Assembly: GCF_006345805.1 (NCBI RefSeq)
Contig: NC_043015.1
Coordinates: 47,244,001-47,308,000 of the forward strand
Reading direction: 5' to 3'
From: Octopus sinensis
Lineage: Eukaryota
DNA length: 64,000 nucleotides
The notes under the pieces were generated by a model. The model saw only the letters and a program-made list of their open reading frames with translations. It had not been told where the DNA came from and ran no database searches. This document shows, piece by piece, positions 1 to 13,261 of this stretch (its first letter is position 1; each line of letters starts with the position of its first letter). The position numbers and the translations under genes are program-made.

Positions 1-536
1 ATTTTTAAAATAATCAACTTAGCAGAGCGAAATAATTAATTTTGTCATTATTAAGTTGGTTGGTATTTGGAGTAAAACAGCCTAACATAACATTACAAAA
101 CTAGCTTAAATATAAAATTGTGAGTTTTTTAAGAATTATTACTATTATTTAAATACAGACTGTTGCTCAGGCATGCTGTGGTTCAGAAGCTTGCTTCCCA
201 ACCACATGGTTTCCAGTTCAGTCCTGCTGCATGGCACCTTGGGCAGCTGTCTTCTACAATGGACCTAGGCCGACGAAAGACTTGTGAGTGGATTGGGTAG
301 ATGGAAACTGGAAGAAACCCATCATGTTCTTTTACTTGTTTCAGTCATTTTTGACTGCGGTCATGCTGGAGCATTACCTTTAGTTGAACAAATTGATTCC
401 AGGACTTATTCTTTGTAAGCCTAGTACTTATTCTATTGGCCTCTTTTGCCAAACCTCTAAGTTACAAGGATGTTAACACACCAACATTGGTTGTCAAACG
501 ATGGTGGGGGGACAAACACACACAAATAAATACATG

Positions 537-578
<42 letters not shown>

Positions 579-1445
579 ATGGGCTTCTTTCAGTTTCTGT
601 CTACCAAATCCACTCATAAGGCTTTGTTTGACCCAAGGTAGAAGACACTTGCCCAAGGTGCCACACAGTAGGACTGAACCCAGAACCATGTGGTTAGGAA
701 GCAAGCTCTTACCACACACCCACTCCTATATATACATATATATTTATATAATGATAATATGTTTTGTCTCCTTGTTTAGACATCATGTGATAGCTGTAAA
801 CGAGTGTCACTGTCATATAAGCAGTGTCATTCACTTCCAATATAAAAACATCCAGCACATTCTGTAGAGTGGTTGGTGCAAGGAAGATCATCCAGCTGTA
901 GAAACTATACCAAATTGGATTATAGTCTGGTGCAGCTTGCCAGCTCTGGTGAAATTGTCCAACCCATGCCAGTGTGGACAATGGACGTTAAATGTTGATG
1001 ATGATGATATATATATATAAATCAATAAATGGTGGTAGGATCGGCTGACAACTGATGCTGGTGTCATCCCCCATAACTTAGCAGTTCAGCAAAAGAGACC
1101 AACAGAATAAGTACTAGGCTTTCAAAGAATAAGTCCTGGGGTCGATTTGCTCAACTAAAGGCGGTGCTCCAGCACAGCCACATAATTGAAATAAGTAAAA
1201 GAGTATATATATATATAGACACACACACACACGATAAGCTTCTTTCGGTTTCCATCTACCAAATCCACTCTCAAGGTTTTGGTCAACCCAGGGCTATAGT
1301 AGATGACGCTTGTTCAAGGTGACACACAATGAGATTGAACACACAACCATGTGATTGGGCAGCAAACTTCCTACCACACAGCCATACCAGCAAATAGCTA
1401 TACAGATACACAGATAGACAGAGAAGTAGAAAGGGAGAGAGTTAC

Positions 1446-1512
1446 CCTGTAGGCATGCCTGGATTTGGCAAGCTAGTTTTTTACAAGGGTCAGTCGACTT
1501 AGAAGCTGGCAT
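1446..1512 (-). CDS. CMC4: CMC4 (Cx9C motif protein 4 / p8 MTCP1-like), first coding exon; the rest of the CDS is not found in the window and probably lies left of position 1
   Basis: Translates to MPASKSTDPCKKLACQIQACLQ(G), matching the recalled CMC4 N-terminus (DPCxKxACxIQxCLQ). Acceptor ttttaacAG at 1524-1523, ATG at 1512, phase-1 donor GTAAC at 1445. Confidence 0.8.
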
Positions 1513-3155
1513 CACTGGATGACTGTTAAAATATTGAAACAGAAAAACAAATAAATACATGATAATAGTAATCCTTTCTGCTAAAGGCAGAAGGCCTGAA
1601 ATTTTGGTGGGAGGGGACTAGTCGATTACATGGACCCCAGTGTCAAGACTGTCCGACCCTTGCCAGCGTGGAACATAGCTGTTAAATGATGATGGTGTAG
1701 ATTATGTCGAAATGAGTGTCACTGTCATATAAGCAGTGTTACTCACTTCCAATATTCTGTAATAATGTATCGCTTGAAATCAGGTGAGGGTTAGCGTCTG
1801 GATGAGCATCCAGCCATAGAAACTCTGCCCCAGTAAACACCAAAAAGTGGGGGAAAATGTGTGGGTGGGAAAGGTCGAATAATTCATACATCTCGTGCAA
1901 ACAGTATGAGGAAACAAAATCAAGATGCGTGAATTATCCGATAACCCACCCACTTTTTTTTTCTTCTTTATCTCAAATTCCGATTTAATTGTAATCTACA
2001 CCATCTGAAGGGTATTTGTAGAGAATTTTATCACAGAAAAATAAAATAAAGATATACATTATTCAGAAAGTGATGATGACAAAGGCGGACGGTTGGGGGC
2101 ACACATCTGTAGTTATGCCAATAGAGATAAAGTGATCGAACTATCGAGATGAAATTGAACGAAAACTCGAAACAAACGCTGAAACGAAATCATAAAGACT
2201 GGAATTGTGATTTAATGACGAAAAATAGTGTATGAAAGAAGAAATAAAAGTGGGGAGAAATACTGCATTATTCAGGCAGTGTTCAAGGACATTAAAAACA
2301 TAATTGTTTGTCTGGATCTTTCTTGGTTGAGCAAACCTATAAACCAAAGGCATTCAACGATCATTCAAGAAATCTGGATATAAAGGGACTATTGTTGTTT
2401 ACACCTAAGTCAAGCAGTTATATCATCAAAGGCCATAATGTCTTATATATATATATATATATATATATTTTCAAATGTATTGTACCTCGGGTTACACTAT
2501 CCAACGTGTCCTTCAATTATTTTTTCCGTTTTTGTTCAAGATCGTAGCGTGTGATATGGTAGAAATTTGGTAGAAATAAGGCGGCGAGCTGGCAGAACCG
2601 TTAAGCACGCCGGGCGAAATGCGTAGCCGTATTTCGTCTGCCGTTACGTTCTGAGTTCAAATTCCGCCGAGGTCGACTTTGCCTTTCATCCTTTCGGGGT
2701 CGATTAAATAAGTACCAGTTACACACTATGTTCAGCCCCTTGTGGGCAATAAAGAAATAAGAAATTTGGTTGTTTCTAGCCGGGTGAACTGCGACAACTA
2801 AGAAATTCCCTCGTTGCTTCTGCTAAAATTAAGTGGGTGGGTCTTTGGGCCCAAAGGCTGTTTATAACAAGTGCTTGTAACAGAAACGAAGACGAATATA
2901 CTTGGTAGAAAACTAAAAACGAAGACGTGTCTTTTATGCATTCCCCAAGTGTATTGCCAATATATGAGAAGTGAAATAAATCTATACTCAGTGTGATGAT
3001 AATAATAACAACAATAGATTCTTTGGGTGGGATTTATGCAACAGGAATATAAGAGACAGAGTCACTTACTGAGAAGTATTTTCAGATGCGAAACATGGCT
3101 GCAGCGTGCATATGATGTAAGGGAAATAACTCTATTCACCTAGGACAAACCTTCA

Positions 3156-3169
3156 GTTGCCATGGCGAT
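3156..3169. promoter_or_regulatory. Candidate RFX X-box
   Basis: GTTGCCATGGCGAT matches the GTTGCCATGGCAAC consensus at 12 of 14 positions, in a CpG-containing non-repeat stretch upstream of CMC4. Confidence 0.35.
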
Positions 3170-4642
3170 GTCGGTCAAGCGATAAATGTGAACAGAAAGC
3201 GTGAAATATATACATACTAACATACCCGTGTCGTCAAAAATGTCGACAGTTTTTTAATAACGATAGAAAATAGTGAATCAAAATAATGGGAGAAACCACT
3301 AATAACGCTGCAATCAAGTAGATATATGTACATATACTCAGTAGAAAACAACACACACACACACATACATATATTTATATGAAACAGGTTAGCACGCCAG
3401 GCGAAATGCTTAGCGGTATTTCGTCTGCCGTTACGTTCTGGGTTCAAATTCCGCCGAGGTCGACTTTGCCTTTCATCCTTTCGGGGTCGATTAAATAAGT
3501 ACCAGTTAAGCACTGGAGTCGATATAATCGACTTAATCCGTTTGTCTGTCCTTGTTTGTCCTCTCTGTGTTTAGCCCCTTGTGGGTAGTAAAGAAATAGG
3601 TATTTCGTCTGTCGCTACGTTCTGAGTTCAAATTCCGCCGAGTTCGACTTTGCCTTTCATCCTCTCGGGGTCGATAAATAAAGTACTAGTTTTGCACTGG
3701 GGGTCGATGTAATCGACTTAATCCCTTTGTCTGTCCTTGTTTGTCCCCTCTATGTTTAGCCCCTTGTGGGTAGTAAAGAAATATATATTTATATATGAAA
3801 CATCCGCTCTTCCATGCTCACACGAATCAGACAGATTTTGTAGAGCTGGATGCCTTCCACATCGCTTAACACTCATCTGTTTCACTTTGCCCAGACAAAA
3901 AACATCTCTTGCATGACAATAACTGACACTCGCTTAGAACTACTGCTTCATATCAAGGCAAGGAGACAGTAAAACAAACAAACATACACACGTAGAGTTG
4001 ATCGTTGATGTAACTATCATGTTCTTGTGAGCTGATGGGCTAGCATCCTTTATTTCCATGGATTTGTGTATATACAATTGTATGGTATAATGAGTGACAA
4101 ATGTACATATTATTGATGCAAGCATATAAACATAATTCCTTCTACACTGAAGAGGATTGCAAAATGGCCATAATCCTAAAGATGTCATGTGGTTAAATAA
4201 ATATATTCACTTCTCATACCACCTGATATTTATGTTTTATATATATATACTCTTTACTCTTTTACTTGTTTCAGTCATTTTGACTGCGGCCATACTGGAG
4301 CACCGCCTTTAGTCGAGCAAATCGACCCCGGGACTTATTCTTTTGTAAGCCCAGTACTTACTCTATCGGTCTCTTTTTGCCAAACCGCTAAGTGACGGGG
4401 ACGTAAACACACCAGCATCGGTTGTCAAGCAATGCTAGGGGGACAAACACAAGCACACACACACACATACACATATATACGACAGGCTTCTTTCAGTTTC
4501 CGTCTACCAAACCCACTCACAAGGCATTGGTCGGCCCGGGGCTATAGCAGAAGACACTTGCCCAAGATGCCACGCAGTGGGACTGAACCCGGAAGCATGT
4601 GGTTGGTTAGCAAGCTACTTACCACACAGCCACTTCTGCGCC

Positions 4643-4673
<31 letters not shown>

Positions 4674-5488
4674 TATATACGTTTTTATTATTTTTTTTGC
4701 AATTTACTTAATGATATTTTATTGTTATTTTAATTTTAATATTTCTATTATATGTAATTTTCTGGATGGTGTAATTAAATTGTTCATTTTGAATTGATAA
4801 AAGGTGGGTTTTTTCAAATTTTATATATATATATATTATATTGTGTGAAATTTGATTTAGTATTTCTAAATTGAATTTTTTTCCCTGTAAGTTTGGATTT
4901 ATATTCCCCCAAATAATAATTATTATATATATATATATATATATATACATATTTACACACACATGCATATATATAATATGAATGTACCCACACACACACA
5001 CGGACTCATACATTCGCATATTTATACATTGATACATGTGCATACATACATATATGTGTGTATGTGTTATCCTTTGCATGGAAAAAGTGTCAGGCAAAGC
5101 AAGCATGGAAAAACGGACTAAAATGAAAAAAAAAAATGAAACAATATGTATATGTGTGTGGTGTATGTATATATATATATATATATAATAATTATTTGAG
5201 GGAATATGACCGGCTTCTTTCAGTTTCCGTCTACCAAATCAACTCACAAGACTTTGGTTGGCCCGAAGCTACAGTAGAAGACACATGCTCAAGGTGCCAT
5301 GCAGTGGGACTGAACCCGGAACCATGTGGTTGGTAAGCAAGCTAGTTACCACACAGCCACTCCTGCACCTACTGAAGGTAGCTAGGAAATCCAAAATCCA
5401 AATTATAGTTCAGACAACACAAACACAAAAGATAATCGGGCATCTCAAACCAATTGATTTTGTAATTGATATAAAACATATTCAAGTA

Positions 5489-6303
5489 CAGTGATCCCTC
5501 GCTACTTCGTGGTTCAACTATTGCGGATTCATGATTTCGCGGATTTTTAAAATATATATATATAAATAAACACCTAAAATTTTTCACTAAATCCATTAAA
5601 ATATTAATAAGAAATATTATTTCACAATGATTTTGCAACCTCGCAAAAGAGAGCCAGTTCCTCTGCTACTACTACGGTTGTACTTTCGGAAGAAGTGGAA
5701 GAGGTGTCCCAGGAAAGGGCACCGCTGACAGCTTCATCATCATTTCTACTGTACAGCAAATTTATCATTCAAATTTTACTTCATCTTTATTCAAATTTTA
5801 CCATTATCATTCAAATTTTACTTCATCTTTATTCAAATTTTACCATTATCATTCAAATTTTACTTCATCTTTATTCAAATTTTACCATTATCATTCAAAC
5901 TTTACTTCATCTTCAATCAAATTTTACCATTATCATTCAAATTTTACTTCATCTTTATTCAAATTTTACCATTATCATTCAAATTTTACCATTATCATTC
6001 AAATTTTACTTCATCTTTATTCAAATTTTACCATTATCATTCAAATTTTACTTCAACTTCTTTTGTGTTGAGTACAGTAACAATCTTTATTTTTTTTAAA
6101 TCTAAAGTGTTATTGCTTAACAGTTGTCCTTGTTATTAATAGACTACTGTAAATGGGTGGGTTGTTAACAGTACAGGGAGGTGTTTTAAAAGTCCAAATA
6201 CACGTTAAATAAATACTGTAAATATGGTGTCCCTACTTCGTGGAAATTCAGTTATCGCGGGTGGTCTCGGAACCAATCTACCGCGATAAACGAGTGATCA
6301 CTG
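5489..6303. mobile_element. pogo/Tigger-like MITE carrying a 42-bp minisatellite
   Basis: TA-CAGTGATCCCTCG...CGAGTGATCACTG-TA termini; internal (aaattttacttcatctttattc aaattttaccattatcattc)n at about 5763-6053. Confidence 0.7.
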
Positions 6304-6729
6304 TATTAAAAATTCAATAGTGCAACAGAATAAATAATATAAAGAAACTATAGTCTTCATCATATAATTTATTAGCAAGGAATATGTACATCTTTCACAT
6401 GAGTTAACAGATTATTACAAAGTGAGAATATAAGGATCTATGTACAGTACAGTAATACTCCACTTAGCACTACCCAGCATTTAGTGCCTTTTTTTTAATT
6501 TATTTCTTGGAGCAAATATTTCCAGAGGGATTGCATTACATTATTACAATGATTAGTGGCAAACATAGAAATTCCACATTTTACAAATTTTCTTACTTTT
6601 ATGTTGATGCCTACTTTTATATATCTTCATAGAATTTCTTCACTATATTAAAAAAAAAGTCTTATGATAATGAAACTAGATCAGAGCATTGAGGCTTAGT
6701 GAATGAGAAATCTTATTTATTCTGATGTC

Positions 6730-7135
6730 ATATCATAGGAGCACCGAACTGTTTCTAAAACGTCGTCTATTGTTTTGAATATTTCTTAAATTAAGCAACT
6801 GTTCTTTGGTCATGTCTTCTCTTTGATTTCCTTCTCTAAGTTCCTGCTATTCTGCCAGATGATCTTTGCGTTGTTTCAATCCACTTCTCTCTCTCAACGT
6901 TGTCGTATATAGTCAGCTTGCTTCAGCATCTATGACCTCTCTTTCATATCTGTCAACTGCTTCTTTAATATTATAGGTTTTATTCTGGATATTTGTGCTA
7001 AATCATGCCGACTCTTTCTAACCTGTTTGATTTTCTCTTAAACTTACTCAGATTCATCTTCGTTCCCCTACTTTCTTCGTACAGTCTCATTCTTTCTCTT
7101 GTTGCTTCAAATCTTCCATTTTCTTCTACAGTAAA
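6730..7135 (-). mobile_element. Highly degenerate purine-rich coding relic, possibly from a non-LTR retrotransposon
   Basis: Broken frames such as EKIKQVRKSRHDLAQISRIKPIILKKQL and KEAVDRYERE, with many stops; family assignment is uncertain. Confidence 0.25.
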
Positions 7136-9103
7136 CGTTATTCAAATATGAAGCAAGAATATAATTTTCATTACAAAAAGTTTTCAGAAGTGTGGAAAGA
7201 TAAATAAAAGATAACAAGAAACTAGAATAACTTTCTTACTGTCTGCTGCCCTATGGAAGTGAAACTGAAAGTGAAAAGGGTTTTTCTAGAAAATGAAATA
7301 ATTAACTCTTTTCATTCAGATTACTCTGTCAAATGTAATGCTTATTTATCAATGATGTTTTGATTTAATCTTGCATAATCTTGTATCTGAGATTTTGATG
7401 ATGTCACCCTATGCAAGGCTTTTACAGACTAAAAAAAAAAAAGGGCTTTTGACTCAGTGCAACATACACTCTAGTGGTCTATCTTGAAATGGTTGGGTAT
7501 AAATGGTAAAGTTGCCACTCTGTTTAGTAATCTTTAAGCGTGGGTTAGTGGTTAGGGCATTCGGCTCAAAATTGTAAGGTCGTGAGTTCAATTCCTGACG
7601 ATGCGTTGTGTCCTTGAGAAGATGCTGCTTGGATGACATCAAAGAATGAACTGGAAGGTCTCTAACTGAATGCACAACCATGGCCAAAGGGTAGGAATTG
7701 ATAGAGACAGAGATGGAGCATGTGTCCATGGCCCCTGACTCACAGCAATGAGGATGAGAATAAGTAAGGCAAGGTAGACCTGTGCACTCATAATTAAAGT
7801 CAAATTTTATTGTAATTTCAGAGAGTGATGTTTAACGTCACATGTGAGAGGTTATCTAATGTTATCAAGTGCTGGAAGGGTGTGATATCAGTTTCTGAAT
7901 TTCAAGTATTTGGGAATCTTTGTCACCTTCATTTACATACCAGAAAAACAACCTAGCGAGTTATATCTCTATGTATGTTCTAAGTTGTAATGACCTCCAA
8001 TAGCACTGCATTTTTAAGAATGTATTGAGATTTCTAACTGAGGTATTACTGTATTTACAATGAAAAAAAAAGGGTGGTTTGGAAACAACAATAATACATT
8101 TTACTCATATATATAAATTATTATTAAAGGTAAATGCGTCCTATATCAGAAAAAAAAAGCAAAGAAACTAACAAGTTTTTGATTATAAAAGTATATAATT
8201 TAATTATTAAAAATATATTTTGCTGTATTTTAGGAGGGTCATTCTGTCAGTAATAAACACATGCACTGGTACTATTTTACTTCTTTAGTACTCATCAATT
8301 GGTTAATTATTTAACCAACTGATGAATAATAAAAGAAGTGAAATTGAACCAGTACATGTGTTTTATTATTGGCATAATGACCCTCTCAAGATACAATAAA
8401 ATCTGTTTCAACACACGAGTTCACATCAAGAATCTTGCAAACCAAATACAGAAGCCAAAGGAAGAAAAAAAAAAAATCATGTTTAATAAATAATACCTAA
8501 AAATTAGAAAGGTGAAATTGTAAAAAAATAACCAGTTAGACTGATAATGGATGAAAGAACACATTGATTCTTTTCAGTATAAGGCCAGATGTAAAGGTAA
8601 TAAATTCATTTCAATCTATTACTAAGACTTGTTTTACGGAACCCAAACGAAAAGTTCGGTTGACCATTAGCAGAATCTGAACTCATGTTGACATAAAAGA
8701 ATAAAATTATATACAAAAATGTTTTTTGGCAGAAGCTCTTCTGTCTTTCTATGCTTTTCAGAAAAGAATATAATATTGATTTTTATCTTTGATACTAAGT
8801 TACACAAAATGGATATGCTCGATTGAATTCCAAACCCTCGATCAGTCACAGTAGGTGGAAGATACCTGCTTGCCAACAGAAATCATGAGCTGTTACAGCA
8901 AGACAAAACACAGCATTGAAATGCTAAACATTGTAGAGAAGTCTCCCTCAATATGATCATCATGATGAAATTATGTTAAGAGCTGTATCATATGCTCTTT
9001 GCTCTATGACACAGACTGTTGGAGAACAACAGAATGCCATCTCACCGAATCTTCTACATAAATAACCACAGAATAATATTGTGGATTTAGAAAGTGAACA
9101 TGA

Positions 9104-9505
9104 AGGCGCAGGAGTGGCTGTGTGGTAAGTAGCTTGCTAACCAACCACATGGTTCTGTGTTCAGTCCCACTGCGTGGCATCTTGGGCAAGTGTCTTCTGC
9201 TATAGCCTCGGGCCGACCAATGCCTTGTGAGTGGATTTGGTAGACAGAAACTGAAAGAAGCCTGTCGTATATATGTATATATATATGTGTGCGTGTATAT
9301 GTTTGTGTGTCTGTGTTTGTCCCCCCTAGCATTGCTTGACAACCGATGCTGGTGTGTTTACGTCCCCGTCACTTAGCGGTTCGGCAAAAGAGACCGATAG
9401 AATAAGTACTGGGCTTACAAAGAATAAGTCCCGGGGTCGATTTGCTCGACTAAAGGCGGTGCTCCAGCATGGCTGCAGTCAAATGGCTGAAACAAGCAAA
9501 AGAGT
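9104..9505 (+). mobile_element. tRNA-derived SINE family 1 (about 400 bp, dominant repeat), representative copy. Other copies: 328-728(-), 4252-4645(-), 13007-13582(-), 19600-19970(-), 23990-24335(-), 25455-25862(-), 32340-32768(-), 39945-40345(+), 43568-43955(-), 46466-46750(-), 46830-47250(+), 49960-50582(+), 53098-53487(-), 56738-57105(-), 58200-58615(+), 59490-59920(+), 61200-61500(-), 63655-64000(+)
   Basis: Head ggcgcaggagtggctgtgtggtaag...ggttcagtccc (A/B-box-like), internal (TA)n/(TG)n, and (gtaaaaga)n tail. Accounts for most spurious ORFs ([19 protein letters not shown]). Confidence 0.9.
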
Positions 9506-10854
9506 ATTGTAGAGAAGTCCACTCAATACAAACTAGAGCTGTATCATACACACATTGCTCTATGGCACAGACTCTTGGAGAACAACAGAATGTCACCTCC
9601 ACAAATCCTAAATCTTTATTGTGGATTTAGTAAGTGAGGTTGTAGCAGCAATTTTAATTTGATGGCAAAAATTGATAGAGGTTAATGTACTTGAAATGTC
9701 TAAATAATACATTAATATTGCTACACCTCTGTTTAAAAACTTGTGGTATGTCACACGGAGAACACAATAAAAAATTAAAAAATATTAAATGCTGTGAGAC
9801 AGGGCAGGGGGATTAAAAGTTAAGCACTATAATCTTTAGACATCAAGCACAATAGAGCAGGAAAATTGGAGTGATTTTAATTAAATTTCTAGAAATACCA
9901 GATATAAGATAATATTTAAAATATTTATCACACAGAATATATGAAGATAGATAATATTGGTTTCAAATTTTGGCACAAGGCCAGCAATTTAAGGGGCCAA
10001 TGTAAATTGATTACTTTGACCCCAGTGCTTAACTGGTAAAGGTGAAGTCCACCCAGGGGGCATTTGAACTCAGAACGTAAAGTCAGAGGAAATGCCATTA
10101 TTTTGTGCAGCGCGGTAACGATTCTGCCAGTTTGCCACCTTTGGAGATAGATAATATTAACTTGGAAAAAGTATAATACGCTTTGCTTTTTTTAAGTCTA
10201 TAACATTCAGATTATTCTGTCAAATGCAATGCTTATTTTTTCACATTGTTTTGAATTAATCTTGCATTATCTTGTAACTTCAAGATTTCGATAGTGTGAC
10301 TGATTATTTTTAGAATAACATTGTAGGGTAGGCGTGAGAGACCAGATCTGGTTGGTTTGAATGTAAAGCAGGTAGAATATTTGAGCCGGATAATGGCTGG
10401 TTTAAATGCTAAAAGGTTAAGTACAGGTCACACAAGCTAGGTATTTATTTAATCTTACAGTTAAATATTTAATAATTACAATTATGAGAAAACATTTTCT
10501 GAGACTGTGGTAAAATCTTACTCAAGGAAAAGACAAGTAATTTAGGAAAATACAGTAATTAAAATGTTTGTATGAAAATGAGCATCAGAAAGTTAACATA
10601 TAAAAATATGTTATGTTTCCATGTTTTGGTTTGATTCTGTTTGTGAAATGATAATTTATCAAAATAAACAACATTTTAATTTTCAATATAAATGCGGTCA
10701 TATACAAGAATATGTCAATAGTTGTACATATTGTATTATATAGAGGTTCTAGTTTACAATTAGATATTATACAGGATCCAACAAAGTAGCTACCTCGGTG
10801 TTTTGTTTTGGGTTCACAGTTGCCTATGTCACCTCGTTTACAAAAAGCAGCTTT

Positions 10855-10952
10855 TCATAGAAGTGACTGTTCAATCATGATCCTGTCAAAGCCATCTGGT
10901 GGCTGATGATAAAACGTAGCAAATTGTACATCCAGAACAGCTCCATCATCAA
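10855..10952 (-). CDS. SPRYD7: SPRYD7 exon 5 (last coding exon)
   Basis: [32 protein letters not shown]; tttcAG acceptor, TGA at 10857-10855. Confidence 0.93.
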
Positions 10953-13230
10953 CTGAAATGGAAAAAAAAAAAAATCCCCAAGTTACAAATGGAATTAAAA
11001 CAGAAAAATCCTAAGACCCCCTACTTGTGAAGACCTGTTGAGGCAAGTGGAAATCGAAATCGTTCAACATCAATGGAAATTGTAGCTGAGATACCAGTGC
11101 CGGTGGCACGTAAAAAGCACCATCCGATCGTGGCCGTTTGCCAGCCTCGTCTGGCACCTGTGCAGGTGGCACATAAAAAGCACCCACAACTCTCGGAGTG
11201 GTTGGCGTTAGGAAGAGCATCCAGCTGTAGAAACACTGCCAGATCAGACTGGGCCTGGCGCAGCCTCCTGGCTTCCCAGACCCCGGTTGAACCGTTCAAC
11301 CCATGCTAGCACGGAAAACGGACGTTAAACGATGATGATGATGATGATGTCTTCCTGGGTCTCCCACTTCCATGGAACATGTAGAAATGGGAGACCCAGG
11401 AAGACATGGAATGAAGTAGTGAAGAACGACCTCAGGATAATGAACCTTTCAGGTGAGATGACAAAGGCCCGAGATGGCTGGCACCTTGACGAACTCAAGA
11501 AAACTCGTACTTTGCAGCAGAAGTGTTAAGACTGATCCTTCTGGTGGTGTAAGGTACTTGTAGCAGTGTCACATAAAAGTGCCTGTGTGGCAACAATTTT
11601 CTGACTTTTCTGATAGCACACAGGTATCAATGAATGATTGAATGACCAAATCCAAGCTGTTTTTTCTCGTAGACAGTGCCCAACTGACCCTACTATATTG
11701 TGTAGTTGACAAAATCAAAAACAAACAATACACCAAAAATTCCATGTGAAATGCAGGAGGATTTGGAAAGATAGTAAACAATGTTTAAATGTTTACAATA
11801 TATGCTATGCTGTTTTGTATGCTGGAAAATAAGGTGAATTAAGATAATGAGGATCAGAATCGAAATCGATCAATGGAAATTGCAGATGTGTTACCAGTGC
11901 CGGTGGCATGTAAGAGAACTTTCCGTTTCGCGACCGTTGCCAGCACCGCCCCATTTCGTGTCCGTTGCCAGCCTCGCCTGGCCCTCGTGCCGGTGGCACA
12001 TAAAAAGCACCATCCGTTCGTGGCCGTTGCCAGCCTCGCCTGGCCCTCGTGCCGGTGGCACATAAAAAGCACCATCCGTTCGTGGCCGTTTGCCAGCTCT
12101 GTCTGGCACCAGTGCGGGTGGCACGTAAAAAGCACCCACTACACTCACGGAGTGGTTGGCGTTAGGAAGGGCATCCAGCCGTAGAAACACTGCCAGATTT
12201 GACTGGGCCTGATGAAGCCTTCTGGCTTCACAGACCCCAGTAGAACCGTCCAACCCATGCTAGCATGGAAAACGGACGCTAAACGATGATGATGATAACT
12301 TGTGCTGGCACCACTTGAAAAGCACCCGTCCTGGTGCTACATGAAAAGCAACCAGTACATGCTGTAAAGTGGTTGGCATTAGAAAGGGCAACCAGCCATA
12401 GAAATCATACCAAAGCAGACAACTGGAGGTTGGTGCAGCCCTCTGGCTTGCCAGCTCCTGTCAAACAGTCCAACCCATGCCAGCATGGAAAATAGACATT
12501 AAATGATGATGATAATGATGATGTAGGATTTAGGAAAATTAAATACCAACTTACCATACATTACAGGATAAAGGGTGCCTTTTAGTCCACTGACCGGTGT
12601 GTTAGTTGGTTTGCCATTTAAGAAGAAATTCAAATCCACATGGTCATAAGATAAACCCTATAAAGAGAGTTTCATATTTTAACAGGGACACACGACACTG
12701 CTGCTGTTGGTTAACCCTTTAGCATTCAGATTACTCTAACAAATGTAAGGTTTATTGATTCACATTGTTTTGAATTAATCAGAGATTATCTTGTAACTTC
12801 AAGATAATTCCAATGCTATGATTGTTTAATTTTTAGAATGACATTGTAGGGTAGGTGCGAGAGGCCAGATTCTAGCCAGTTTGAACATTAAACAGTTAGG
12901 GTATTTGGGGTGGATATGGCTGGTTCAAATGCTAATGAGTTAACGTTCCACAGCAAAAGTAATGACATCAACATTGCTTGATAATATAGAAATTGACAGG
13001 TAATACTCTCTTTTTACTCTTTTACTAGTTTCAGTCATTTGACTGTGGCCATGCTGGAGCACAGCCCTTAGTCGAGCAAATTGACCCTAAGACTTATTCT
13101 TTGTAAGCCTAGTACTTATTATATCGGTCTCTTTTGCCGAACTGCTAAGTTACAGGGAATATAAACACACCAGCATCGGTTGTCAAGCGATGTTGGGGGG
13201 ACAAACACAGTCACACAAACACATACACAC

Positions 13231-13261
<31 letters not shown>

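Noticed and set aside
436-867. 143-aa ORF and dozens of similar ORFs containing [16 protein letters not shown] or [11 protein letters not shown]
   Set aside because: They are chance reading frames through SINE family 1 and its (TA)n/(CA)n tracts, and recur at every copy.
5695-6099. 134-aa ORF with repeated LLHLYSNFTIIIQI
   Set aside because: Translation of the 42-bp minisatellite inside a MITE.
7822-7956. Possible plus-strand exon (tttcAG then MFNVTCERLSNVIKCWKG...)
   Set aside because: Short open frame ending in a stop, with no recognisable homology and no partner exons.
8667-8876. 69-aa minus-strand ORF downstream of SPRYD7
   Set aside because: No recognisable motif or exon structure; length is compatible with chance.
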